DNA from: Bacteroidales bacterium
GTDB taxonomy: Bacteria; Bacteroidota; Bacteroidia; Bacteroidales; UBA12077
NCBI GenBank assembly: GCA_018334675.1
Contig: JAGXLL010000002.1
Coordinates: 29,205 to 93,204, forward strand
Length of the DNA: 64,000 bases
Reading direction: 5' to 3'
Shown here: positions 48,271 to 57,384 of the stretch, in pieces
Layout of the letters: every line of letters begins with the position of its first letter
How positions within the stretch are numbered: position 1 is the first letter of the stretch
Translations under genes and position numbers: made by a program
The notes under the pieces: model-generated
Seen by the model: the letters and a program-made list of their open reading frames with translations, nothing else
Databases searched by the model: none
What the model was told of the DNA's origin: nothing

Positions 48271-49725
48271 ATGGACAACCAGGCATTTCATAGATGGTAT
48301 AAGCGGCTGATCGAAGATCCGCCCCAGGCTCCTCCCGAGATCGTTTGGGAGCACATCAGCCTGGAGCTGGACCGGGAGTTCTATGACTGGTACCGCACGA
48401 CATTGGAAGAGGGTGCTCCTGTGCCGCCTGCAGCCGTCTGGGATAACATCGAGGACAACCTGGACAGCGGGCTGCATCAATGGTACCAAACCTCCATCGA
48501 AGAACCCACCGAGGAACCGCCGCAGGAAGTTTGGAGCAACATACAGGACCAACTGGACATCGACGACACCTGGGTCGGTATCTCCCGGGAATTGGACCGC
48601 AAATGGAAAAAACGCACCCGGCAGCTTGTATATGCCCTGGCAGCAGCTGTGCTGTTGCTCTTTGCGCTTCAGATCTTCCTGCCCACCAGCGAGCATTCAC
48701 CCTTCAGAGAATCCACCACCCCGGTGGCACAGGAAGAAAAGCCGCAGCCGGATAAGAAACAGGAAGAACAAGCCACGCAAGAACCCGGAGAGAAACAGCA
48801 GGAACCCATCCCGCAAACTCCTTCAGCTGACCAGAGGGAGAGGAAAGAAAGGCTGGCCATGGGCAAAGATCAATCCGCCACAGCCGATAGCCGGGAATCG
48901 GAAAAGGAAGAAAAAACACAGGAAAGAAAAGAAACGGACCGGAGCGAAGGATTAGAAAGGCTGGCCGACCGCTCATCTATGACATTGGCAAAAGCCGATC
49001 CCACACAAATACAACTGAATGTTCAAACGAATGAACAGTTGGCTTCCATGCCGGAAACCGGTATCTCGGTATCTCAAACACGGGAGGATAAGGAACAGCC
49101 CGGCCAGGTGCGATACTATGCTGGAATAAGCGGGGAAGTAGGCAACTCCTGGTTGCTGAGCAACAAGACCATATACAGCATCCGGAAATCGCCTTACAGC
49201 TCGGCCTCACCCGAGGTGGGCAAATCCTATGGCATCATGGGTGGCGCCTCGCTGAACGATCATTTTGATGTGCAGGCTGAGGCCCTGTTCACCAGCGAGA
49301 CAGGCCAGAAATATCGTGAATACACCAACGGACAGGTTCTCCACAACCAGATCCTTCTGAATTATACCTCCCTGAAGATCACCGGACGCTACAAGATCTT
49401 TGGCTCCAGCTTCCAGCTTCCCGTTTCCCATCACCTGGTGTTGGGCACCTATGGCAGCTATCTGAAAAATGCCCAACAACAAACCGACGGGCAAACCAAA
49501 AACATCAAGGGCGCTTATAAAAACTACAACCTGGGAGTCGTTGTCGGTTACGAACTGGACACCCATATCGCCCCGAATTACAGCCTTTCGGCCGGCCTGC
49601 GCTTCAACCCGGGCTTTATAAATATCTACGAGGGTACTTCCATGCTCCCTGCACAGTTTAACAAGACCTACAGCTCCTCGGTGAACATCAACATCGCCCT
49701 GAAATACAACCTCTCCTCACAATAA
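48271..49725 (+). CDS. Putative dual-membrane-spanning anti-sigma factor (N-terminal repeats, TM, disordered linker, OM beta-barrel)
   Basis: Starts 4 nt after the ECF gene; 3x 31-aa PP..VW.nI...LD repeats, one TM, E/Q/K/P-rich linker, C-terminal barrel ending in NIALKYNL. Confidence 0.75.
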   Translation: MDNQAFHRWYKRLIEDPPQAPPEIVWEHISLELDREFYDWYRTTLEEGAPVPPAAVWDNIEDNLDSGLHQWYQTSIEEPTEEPPQEVWSNIQDQLDIDDTWVGISRELDRKWKKRTRQLVYALAAAVLLLFALQIFLPTSEHSPFRESTTPVAQEEKPQPDKKQEEQATQEPGEKQQEPIPQTPSADQRERKERLAMGKDQSATADSRESEKEEKTQERKETDRSEGLERLADRSSMTLAKADPTQIQLNVQTNEQLASMPETGISVSQTREDKEQPGQVRYYAGISGEVGNSWLLSNKTIYSIRKSPYSSASPEVGKSYGIMGGASLNDHFDVQAEALFTSETGQKYREYTNGQVLHNQILLNYTSLKITGRYKIFGSSFQLPVSHHLVLGTYGSYLKNAQQQTDGQTKNIKGAYKNYNLGVVVGYELDTHIAPNYSLSAGLRFNPGFINIYEGTSMLPAQFNKTYSSSVNINIALKYNLSSQ

Positions 49726-49746
49726 AAAAAATTTTCTCTCCCCCCT

Positions 49747-49776
49747 TTCCCACCTTCTGGTCCCTGGTTTCGTCTT
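49747..49776 (+). promoter_or_regulatory. Putative ECF promoter (TTCCCACC-N16-CGTCTT)
   Basis: Same boxes and spacing as at 51667-51696. Confidence 0.6.
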
Positions 49777-49806
49777 AGAAGCAAACAAACCAAAAAACCG
49801 ATTATC

Positions 49807-50736
49807 ATGAAAACCAAAATCACCTTAATCATTGCTCTTCTCGTATCTCTTGGCGCCTTCATGGGATGCGAAGAAGACGATGCAGGGCAAACCGGAACGC
49901 TGGCCCTTTCCCTTACCGATGCCCCCATCGACGACACCAGTGTAACCGGTGTATGGGTCACGATCACCGGCATTCAATACCATATGCAGGACAGTGCCTG
50001 GAAAACCTTTGAAGGCTTCCAGGGTCCGCAAAAATTCAACCTGCTGGCCCTGACCGACAGCATCAGCGAGGTGCTGGGTGCGGCTCAGATCGAAGCCGGA
50101 CAATACAACCAGCTGCGTTTCATGCTCGACGCCCCTGAAAAAGGCCAGGGTCCGCCAACCAGCCCCGGCTGCTACATAGAATTTGATGGGGGAGAAACCC
50201 AACCCATGTTTGTCCCCAGCGGCGGACAAACGGGTTACAAAGCCGTGGGCGCCTTCCGTGTTCCTTCCAATGGTACCGTTGAAGTGACGGCCGATTTCGA
50301 TGCCCGCAAATCCGTTCGCGAGACAGGCGGCATGCGGGAACATTACATCCTTCAGCCTACCATACGCCTTGTTGTGAATAACCAGGCCGGCAGCATAGCG
50401 GGTGAAGTAACCCCCTTACCCTCCGACGGCAGCAACATCGCCGTCTATGCCTATGAAGACAATGCTTATACTTCTGATGAAGCAGCCGACCCGGCCGAAG
50501 GAGAAACCCGCTTCCCCAATGCCGTAACTTCGGATGTGGTAGGGGATAATGACTGCAACCACTCACAGAAATGTTACCACCTGTACTATCTCGCTCCTAT
50601 AACTTACGACCTGGTGGTGGTAAGAACCCTGGACGGGGAATTCCAGGAAGTACTGGGTATCTCTGAAGATGTTGCGGTAGAAAGCAAAAAAAATACCGGT
50701 CACCCCATTGACCTGAATGATCTTTCCTCCCTGTAA
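49807..50736 (+). CDS. DUF4382-domain lipoprotein (family B, copy 1)
   Basis: Lipobox FMGC-EEDD, LSLTDAP, FNLL.L, G.YNQLRF, VPSG.QTG, DFDARKSV, YILQP. Confidence 0.85.
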   Translation: MKTKITLIIALLVSLGAFMGCEEDDAGQTGTLALSLTDAPIDDTSVTGVWVTITGIQYHMQDSAWKTFEGFQGPQKFNLLALTDSISEVLGAAQIEAGQYNQLRFMLDAPEKGQGPPTSPGCYIEFDGGETQPMFVPSGGQTGYKAVGAFRVPSNGTVEVTADFDARKSVRETGGMREHYILQPTIRLVVNNQAGSIAGEVTPLPSDGSNIAVYAYEDNAYTSDEAADPAEGETRFPNAVTSDVVGDNDCNHSQKCYHLYYLAPITYDLVVVRTLDGEFQEVLGISEDVAVESKKNTGHPIDLNDLSSL

Positions 50737-50751
50737 GAACCCGTATCCTCG

Positions 50752-50787
50752 AAAAGCCCCGGTGCTTAATGGTGCCGGGGTTTTTTT
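50752..50787 (+). terminator. Intrinsic terminator
   Basis: GCCCCGGTGC-TTAATG-GTGCCGGGG followed by a T run. Confidence 0.75.
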
Positions 50788-50826
50788 ATATATCCTTTCC
50801 TATCCCCTGAAAAACAGGGAAAAAAC

Positions 50827-50854
50827 TACAACTTATTGCCTCAAACCCCGTATA
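50827..50854 (+). promoter_or_regulatory. Putative ECF promoter (TACAACT-N15-CGTATA)
   Basis: Shares TACAACT and CGT.TA with 46876-46904. Confidence 0.5.
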
Positions 50855-50887
50855 ATATTCTAACAATGAATTCAACAGCATCATGCC

Positions 50888-51610
50888 ATGTCTCGTTTGA
50901 TCATACTATCCCTGTTGCTGGCGGTGATTACTTACTTCAACCATGCCGGCACCGATAAAACGCCCCTCAGGGAACCTTCCCTGATCAAACTCAGCATGCA
51001 CCTCACCCAAACCCGGGCCAACCCAGCCGCATCATCTCAGGATCTCTCCCGCATCACATTTCAAAACGGCATCTTATCCCTTTCTTCAGTCGAATTTTTA
51101 GGATCGCCCCACAACACCACCGATTTTCATTTTACCTCCTCCCTCCACAGCCAATACCAATTGCAGCCTGAAAAAAGCCCGCTTCCCTTATTGGAATTTG
51201 ACGTACCTGCCGGCAGGTACCGATCGGCGAAGATCATCCTCCATGCCAACAGCCGGGACAGCCTTCCTGCCATGACAGTCCATGCCCGGTGGCAAAAAAA
51301 GGACGGGCCCAAACCGATCGACATCCATATCCGGCTGTTCGATCTGCCCCGGATCCTTTCCCTGGAAGTCAAACCGGAAGGAAAGGAGAGGTCCCTGATG
51401 TTTCCCCGGCAGGGTTTCTCCAATCTACAGATCCGGATCGACCCCATGCAACTCTTCGACCCAGCTGTGATGGATCAGCTGCAGGAGGCAAAAATGCAGG
51501 ATACGCCCACCGGCCGTAAGGTGATCCTTTCACGACATCACAACCCCCACATACACGACCGCCTGACAGAAAATATGCACGAATCCATCCGGGCGGTCCT
51601 GCAGCGGTGA
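50888..51610 (+). CDS. Hypothetical exported protein (family A, copy 2; no lipobox)
   Basis: LSLSSVEF.G, FDVPAGRY, VILSRHHNPHI...SIRAVL align with 46924-47709. Confidence 0.7.
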   Translation: MSRLIILSLLLAVITYFNHAGTDKTPLREPSLIKLSMHLTQTRANPAASSQDLSRITFQNGILSLSSVEFLGSPHNTTDFHFTSSLHSQYQLQPEKSPLPLLEFDVPAGRYRSAKIILHANSRDSLPAMTVHARWQKKDGPKPIDIHIRLFDLPRILSLEVKPEGKERSLMFPRQGFSNLQIRIDPMQLFDPAVMDQLQEAKMQDTPTGRKVILSRHHNPHIHDRLTENMHESIRAVLQR

Positions 51611-51666
51611 ATCCATGCGGATTGAGCTCCCCGGCACCAGATTTTTCGGCAAAACTTTCCTTTTCA

Positions 51667-51696
51667 TTCCCACCCTTTTTGTGAAACCTACGTCTT
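51667..51696 (+). promoter_or_regulatory. Putative ECF promoter (TTCCCACC-N16-CGTCTT)
   Basis: Boxes conserved with 49747-49776 while the spacer is diverged. Confidence 0.6.
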
Positions 51697-51732
51697 TATT
51701 ACAAATACTTCAAACCCCAAAATCATTGGACC

Positions 51733-52629
51733 ATGAAAACACGAATTTTTATTTTAATCGTACTGATGATTCCCTTCGCCCTTTTTACCGGATGCGAGGA
51801 GGAAAAAAGCGAAACAGGCACCCTGGATCTTTCCCTGACCGATGCCCCCATTGATCAACAAGATGTGACAGGAGTATATATCACCATCAACGGCCTGGAA
51901 TATCACAAGCAGAATAACGACTGGGCTACCTTCGAAGAATACGGGGAAGCCAAAAAGTTCAACCTGTTGGAATTGACCGATGGCATGAGCGAAATGCTGG
52001 GATCCTTCGAGATGGAAGCCGGACAGTATAACCAGTTGCGTTTTATGCTGGAGGCTCCGGTAAGAGGTGAATCTACCCCATCCAATGCAGGTTGTTACCT
52101 TGAATTTGAAGGTGGAGAAACCGAGCCTCTTTTCGTACCCAGCGCAGGCAACACAGGCTACAAGGCGGTAGGTGCCTTTACCGTTCCCTCCAATGGAACT
52201 GTTGAGCTGACCGCAGATTTCGATGCCCGCAAGTCTGTCGTTGAAACAGGAACAGCCGGGATGTATATTCTTCAGCCCACCATCCGTCTGATCGTCAACA
52301 ATGAGGCTGGCAGCATCGCCGGCAGCATCAGCAATTTCCCCACCGATGGCAGCAATATCATTGTCTATGCCTACGAAGATGGAGATTATTCCGATACGGA
52401 AGCAGCCGATCCCGAGGCCGAAGAAAGCCGGTTCCCCAATGCCGTCACCAGCGATATAGCAGATGAGCAAAACAGTTATAAACTGCATTACCTGGCCCCG
52501 ATGAACTATGACCTGGTCGTTGTAAGGTCTCTGGACGGGCAGTTCCAGGAAGTATTACAGGTAGTAGAAGATGTTGCGGTGGAAAGCAAAGAGACCACAC
52601 CGCAGCCCATCGATCTTTCCACCCAATAG
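51733..52629 (+). CDS. DUF4382-domain lipoprotein (family B, copy 2)
   Basis: Lipobox FTGC-EEEK; closely collinear with 49807-50736. Confidence 0.85.
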   Translation: MKTRIFILIVLMIPFALFTGCEEEKSETGTLDLSLTDAPIDQQDVTGVYITINGLEYHKQNNDWATFEEYGEAKKFNLLELTDGMSEMLGSFEMEAGQYNQLRFMLEAPVRGESTPSNAGCYLEFEGGETEPLFVPSAGNTGYKAVGAFTVPSNGTVELTADFDARKSVVETGTAGMYILQPTIRLIVNNEAGSIAGSISNFPTDGSNIIVYAYEDGDYSDTEAADPEAEESRFPNAVTSDIADEQNSYKLHYLAPMNYDLVVVRSLDGQFQEVLQVVEDVAVESKETTPQPIDLSTQ

Positions 52630-52649
52630 TCCCCGTAACCTCGATGAAT

Positions 52650-52694
52650 GAAAGGCTGACTCCCGCTCCGAAGCGGGGGAAAGCCTTTTTTTTT
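52650..52694 (+). terminator. Intrinsic terminator
   Basis: AAAGGCT..TCCCGCT-CCGA-AGCGGGG..AGCCTTT followed by a T run. Confidence 0.75.
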
Positions 52695-52833
52695 ATGGAA
52701 CCTGTCCGCTCGAGGCAGGTAGATGAAGAAGGTGAAAAAATTTTATGCAGCTGTTGGAAAATTGACAAAAAGCTTTTACTTTTGCTCCTCGTTCACCGAT
52801 AACGGATCTTTCAAATACCACGGGATAACATAT

Positions 52834-52907
52834 TCCTCAGTAGCTCAGTTGGTTAGAGCACCTGACTGTTAATCAGGGGGTCGTAGGTTCAAGTCCTACC
52901 TGGGGAG
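52834..52907 (+). tRNA. tRNA-Asn(GTT)
   Basis: Acceptor TCCTCAG/CTGGGGA, D-arm AGCTCAGTTGGTTAGAGC, anticodon arm CCTGA-CTGTTAA-TCAGG, GGTTCAAGTCC; CCA not encoded; TACTTTTG promoter at 52777. Confidence 0.96.
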
Positions 52908-52913
52908 CATCAC

Positions 52914-52954
52914 AAAGAAGGAGTTGCAACAGCCGTGTGCAGCTCCTTTTTTTT
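52914..52954 (+). terminator. Intrinsic terminator after tRNA-Asn
   Basis: AAGGAGTTGCA...TGCAGCTCCTT followed by a T run. Confidence 0.8.
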
Positions 52955-53175
52955 GTAATTTTTTCCTACCTCCCTTTTTGTCCAATTTTTACAATACAAC
53001 CATCCGAATTATTCCTATTTTTATATAAATATTTAATATTCAACAAGATGATGTCTGTTAGTGGAATGGATCATTATTTATATCTTTCACAGCATGACGG
53101 GCTAATATAAATCCTCTTTCCATGTCCAACCCCTATCTACCTGTATGAATACCATTTTTAACCATATCATCACTC

Positions 53176-53670
53176 ATGTTTTTCAAAACCCTTGCTGTCA
53201 GTGCCGTTCTCATGCTGGGATGGGCACTGACGGGTCTGCAAGCACAGGAAGCCTTACCTGCCAGTGGCGGAGAGGCTTCAGGCAACGGTGGCTCGGTGAG
53301 CTTTACTGTTGGACAGGTTGCATGCACCTTTCAAACGGGCAACGAATGCTCCGTATCCCAAGGTGTACAGCAACCTTATGAAATATACACTGTGGTAGAA
53401 ACGACAATACCCAAAGGCCTTGACCTTTTCTACACTTGCTATCCCAATCCGGTGACCGACAATCTGATACTCAAAACAGAAACGGATCACCCCAGCCATT
53501 TTATCCGGTTTCAGCTCCACAACATGAACGGAAAACTGCTGAAAAACGGAAAAATCAAAGGCAGCACAACCTCTGTTCACATGGCTGATCTTTCTTCCGG
53601 GACCTATCTGCTGAAGGTGATCGATGGAAATACAGAGATCATCACGTTCAAAATCATCAAAAATCCGTAA
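53176..53670 (+). CDS. Small T9SS type A sorting domain-containing protein
   Basis: Signal peptide, ASGG..G.GGSVSFTVGQ, QGVQQPYEI, YPNP...GTYLLKV...FKIIK. Confidence 0.88.
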   Translation: MFFKTLAVSAVLMLGWALTGLQAQEALPASGGEASGNGGSVSFTVGQVACTFQTGNECSVSQGVQQPYEIYTVVETTIPKGLDLFYTCYPNPVTDNLILKTETDHPSHFIRFQLHNMNGKLLKNGKIKGSTTSVHMADLSSGTYLLKVIDGNTEIITFKIIKNP

Positions 53671-53672
53671 TC

Positions 53673-55400
53673 ATGAAAAAAATCTACATCCTCTTCCTGT
53701 CCTTTCTTTTCACTGCAACCGCCTGGAGCCAGTCACCTGAAAAAATGAGCTATCAGGCTGTCATCAGGGATTCAGATGAAAACCTGGCTACCAATCAAAC
53801 GGTAGGCATCCAGATCAGTATTTTACAAGGCTCTGCCAGCGGCACCGCCGTATATGTCGAAACACAACAGCCTGCTACCAATGACAACGGACTGGTAACG
53901 CTGGAAATCGGAACCGGCACAGTCGTCTCAGGAGATTTCGCATCCATTGACTGGGCTGACGGACCCTATTTCCTGAAAACCGAAACCGATCCTGCAGGGG
54001 GAAGCAGCTACAGCACCTCCGGAACCTGCGAGCTGGTGAGCGTGCCCTTTGCCCTGTATGCTCAAAATGCCGGAAATGTTTTTTCCGGCGAACACAATGA
54101 CCTGACTTTCAATGGAACGGGACAATCTGTGTTCATCGGTAAGGGAGCAGGGACCCATGACGACCTGTCGGACAACCAGAACGTGTTTACCGGCGATTCC
54201 ACAGGGTTCCAAAACACCGACGGACATAAGAATACTGCCCTCGGCTTCGCAGCATTTTTCTCCAATACAGGAGGGTATGGCAATACCGCCACCGGGTATA
54301 GATCACTATACTACAACAGCAACGGCAACTACAACATTGCCAGCGGTTACAACTCCATGTACAGCAATACTTCTGGCAATTACAACATCGCCATTGGTGG
54401 CGAGGCATTATTCTACAATACCGTCCGAAGTGGTCTGGTAGCCGTGGGACACGAAGCTTTGCATAAAAATGCGCAAACCATCTCCGATGCCAATGACGGC
54501 GTCAACAATACTGCGGTAGGCTACCGGGCGCTGCACAATAACACGGTAGGATTCAGCAATACAGGCATCGGTAACCAGTCATTAATCAATAACACGGAAG
54601 GTGGAAGCAACACAGCTGTGGGAAATAAAACCTTATTCTCCAATACTACCGGCAGCATCAACACGGCCGTGGGAAATGATGCCATGTTGTACAATACCTC
54701 TGGATATTCCAACGCGGCCATGGGGCACAATGCTTTATTTGCCAATACCACCGGTACTCATAACACAGCGATCGGTTGCCGGACTCTAAAGAACAATACT
54801 ACCGGAAGCAGAAACACCGCAGTGGGATACTATGCCGGCCCAACCAGCGGCAACGACAACCTGTTCAACACCGGTGCTTTTGGATATAATGCCACAGTAG
54901 CCACCAACAACACCATCCGCATTGGGGACAACAATATTACCTCGATATTCGGAGCCGTGGGATGGGGAAGCCCATCCGACGGCCGCTTCAAAACCAATGT
55001 CACGCCAGATGTACCCGGACTGGAGTTCATAACGAAACTGAAGCCCGTGACCTTCAACTGGGATCTGGATGCACTAAACGAATTCCAGGGTAAGGAGGAG
55101 GGGAATAAAAAAGATCCCAGAATAAAAAAGGCCCGGCGGAAGAAAGAACAAAAGGACTACACCGGCTTTGTGGCCCAGGAAGTGGAAAAAGCTGCAGAGG
55201 CCTGCGGGTATGATTTCAGCGCGGTGAGCAAACCGCCCAACGACAAATCCACTTATCACCTCACTTATTCCGAGTTTGTAGTGCCTCTGGTGAAAGCGGT
55301 TCAGGAACAACAAAAAGAAATAGAAAACCTGGAGAATAAAATGGCGGAACAGGATGAGCGCATAGAATCCCTAATCCGTGAAATAGAAAAGCTTCAATGA
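53673..55400 (+). CDS. Fibre/adhesin-like protein with beta-roll repeats and C-terminal peptidase S74 intramolecular chaperone
   Basis: PEKMSYQAVIR...SVPFALYA N-domain, about 14-aa NTAVG..AL..NT.G repeats, SDGRFKTNV, GFVAQEVE, LVKAVQEQQ coiled coil. Confidence 0.85.
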   Translation: MKKIYILFLSFLFTATAWSQSPEKMSYQAVIRDSDENLATNQTVGIQISILQGSASGTAVYVETQQPATNDNGLVTLEIGTGTVVSGDFASIDWADGPYFLKTETDPAGGSSYSTSGTCELVSVPFALYAQNAGNVFSGEHNDLTFNGTGQSVFIGKGAGTHDDLSDNQNVFTGDSTGFQNTDGHKNTALGFAAFFSNTGGYGNTATGYRSLYYNSNGNYNIASGYNSMYSNTSGNYNIAIGGEALFYNTVRSGLVAVGHEALHKNAQTISDANDGVNNTAVGYRALHNNTVGFSNTGIGNQSLINNTEGGSNTAVGNKTLFSNTTGSINTAVGNDAMLYNTSGYSNAAMGHNALFANTTGTHNTAIGCRTLKNNTTGSRNTAVGYYAGPTSGNDNLFNTGAFGYNATVATNNTIRIGDNNITSIFGAVGWGSPSDGRFKTNVTPDVPGLEFITKLKPVTFNWDLDALNEFQGKEEGNKKDPRIKKARRKKEQKDYTGFVAQEVEKAAEACGYDFSAVSKPPNDKSTYHLTYSEFVVPLVKAVQEQQKEIENLENKMAEQDERIESLIREIEKLQ

Positions 55401-55890
55401 CCGGCCCTGCAACACCCACATATTAGCACCATAAGGGTAACCGACCACACCAAAGCCGGGGGAAGGCAAATACACGACTCAGATCGTCAACGAAAAAAGC
55501 ATCTCCCGGCTTTGTTCCTTCTCTCCAGTATGCTTTGGCTACCCTCAATATGAGCTGGCTGTCAACTTCCATGGTTCGACCTATCCCCGCGGATGGGCCC
55601 GCACCTATCACAAAAGCAACAGCCAATAAAGAAGGATTCATCCCATCGCCGCATTTCAAAAAAAATCACTACCTTTATGGGTTCATTTACTTATATACTC
55701 TTATGCCAAATCCCATAGGAGATGGATTGAAAAGGTTCAGATGCCATCTCCCCCATAGAATAGCAGCCAGGTTTGGGGTAAGGATCTTTTTATTGGTTTA
55801 CCAGCAATAAACCGATTCCAATTACAGTTGAACTATTGACAGGGGCTGTTTGTATATACACATAGCTTCTTGTACCAAATGATCAGAAAA

Positions 55891-56160
55891 ATGAACATTT
55901 ACATTGGAAACCTGAATTACACCGTCGACGAAGCAAAACTCAGAAAAGTATTTGAAAAGTACGGCGAAGTGACTTCCGCCCGGATCATCACCGACAAAGA
56001 AACAGGAGAAAGCAAAGGATACGGCTTTGTGGAAATGAAAGATGATGATGAAGCCAAAAAAGCGATCCAGCATCTCAGCAGTTCTGAGATTGACGGAAGG
56101 CACATTAAAGTAAACATTGCCAAGCCCAGGAAGAACTTCTACGGAGGAAAAAGATCCTAA
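55891..56160 (+). CDS. RRM RNA-binding protein
   Basis: RNP2 IYIGNL, RNP1 KGYGFVEM. Confidence 0.93.
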   Translation: MNIYIGNLNYTVDEAKLRKVFEKYGEVTSARIITDKETGESKGYGFVEMKDDDEAKKAIQHLSSSEIDGRHIKVNIAKPRKNFYGGKRS

Positions 56161-56281
56161 TACCCCGCTCCACACAGGGGGTTTCTATATTGCTTCACAG
56201 CAACCGGAAGGATTTTTTGCGCTGGCATTTTCCAATGGTGTGAATTGATTCAATGAGACAAACATTGTTATCTATGAGAAG

Positions 56282-57148
56282 ATGAGACAGTTAATCATTT
56301 CCAAGCAGGTCACTGACCGGGGTCAGGATTCGATAGACAAATATTTTCATGACATCAGCAAATATGAACTGCTCTCCCCCCAGGAAGAGGTGGAGCTGAC
56401 CCGCCTGATCAAAAAAGGCGACGAAAAAGCCCTGGAAAGACTTACTTTGTCCAACCTGCGGTTTGTCGTATCCGTGGCCAAACAATATCAGAACCGGGGT
56501 TTAAGCCTGCAGGATCTGATCAATGAAGGCAACCTGGGGCTGATCCGGGCAGCCAAACGCTTTGATGAAACAAGGGGATTTAAGTTCATCTCCTACGCGG
56601 TTTGGTGGATCCGGCAAGCCATCATCCAGGCCATTGGCGAGCAGTGTCGCATTGTTCGCCTGCCCCTGAACAAGGTGGCCAACATCAATAAAGTCAACCG
56701 GGCATCAGCCGAACTGGAACAAAAATATGAGCGGGAACCTACCGATCAGGAGATTGCACGCCAGACTGAACTGACCGAGGATATGGTATCTGTGGCACAA
56801 TCGACCAAGAACCGGCACCATTCCCTGGATGCCCCTCTACGAAACAACGATGATGAATCCGGCAACCTCATCGATTTCATCATTCCTGCCAACAACCCAT
56901 CCCCCGACCTGAATCTGTTGAATGAGTCGCTCAAAGAAGAGATCAACTCCGCTATGAAGTACCTCTCACCCAAAGAGATCCTAATACTCGAACATTTCTT
57001 CGGACTGAACGGTAAGATGAAGCTTTCCCTGGGAGAAATCGCAGGCAAACTCAGTTTATCCAAGGAACGGGTGCGGCAAATCAAGAATATTGCCCTGCGC
57101 AAATTGAAAAAAGCCCCCAACAAAGGATTGCTTCAAAAATTCATCTAG
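56282..57148 (+). CDS. RpoD/SigA-family sigma factor (Bacteroidota short type, probably a non-primary paralog)
   Basis: MRQL, NLRFVVSVAKQYQ, DLINEGNLGL, FDETRGFKFISYAVWWIRQ, ERVRQIK. Confidence 0.92.
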   Translation: MRQLIISKQVTDRGQDSIDKYFHDISKYELLSPQEEVELTRLIKKGDEKALERLTLSNLRFVVSVAKQYQNRGLSLQDLINEGNLGLIRAAKRFDETRGFKFISYAVWWIRQAIIQAIGEQCRIVRLPLNKVANINKVNRASAELEQKYEREPTDQEIARQTELTEDMVSVAQSTKNRHHSLDAPLRNNDDESGNLIDFIIPANNPSPDLNLLNESLKEEINSAMKYLSPKEILILEHFFGLNGKMKLSLGEIAGKLSLSKERVRQIKNIALRKLKKAPNKGLLQKFI

Positions 57149-57384
57149 GGATCCCCGACAGGCATCATCGTAAATACTCCCACTCATAAATCGATCTGCT
57201 GCAAAAGATTATAAGCCAGAAACAGCCTTTTCAAAGACGAATTCAGATTAGGCTGAACAAAAACACCCCCGTTTTTGTACCTATAAAGAAGCATGTAAAC
57301 TGGAATTTGTACATACCTTACTTACCCATTGCGGTAGAAAGGGTTAATGAATATTCCGTTTTATGCTCATGCGGGTTTGGAGGT

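Noticed and set aside
55460-55515. c-di-GMP-I riboswitch (GGCAAA...ACG...AAAGC)
   Set aside because: Lacks the GNRA-capped P2 stem and GACGCAAAGC core; resemblance is superficial
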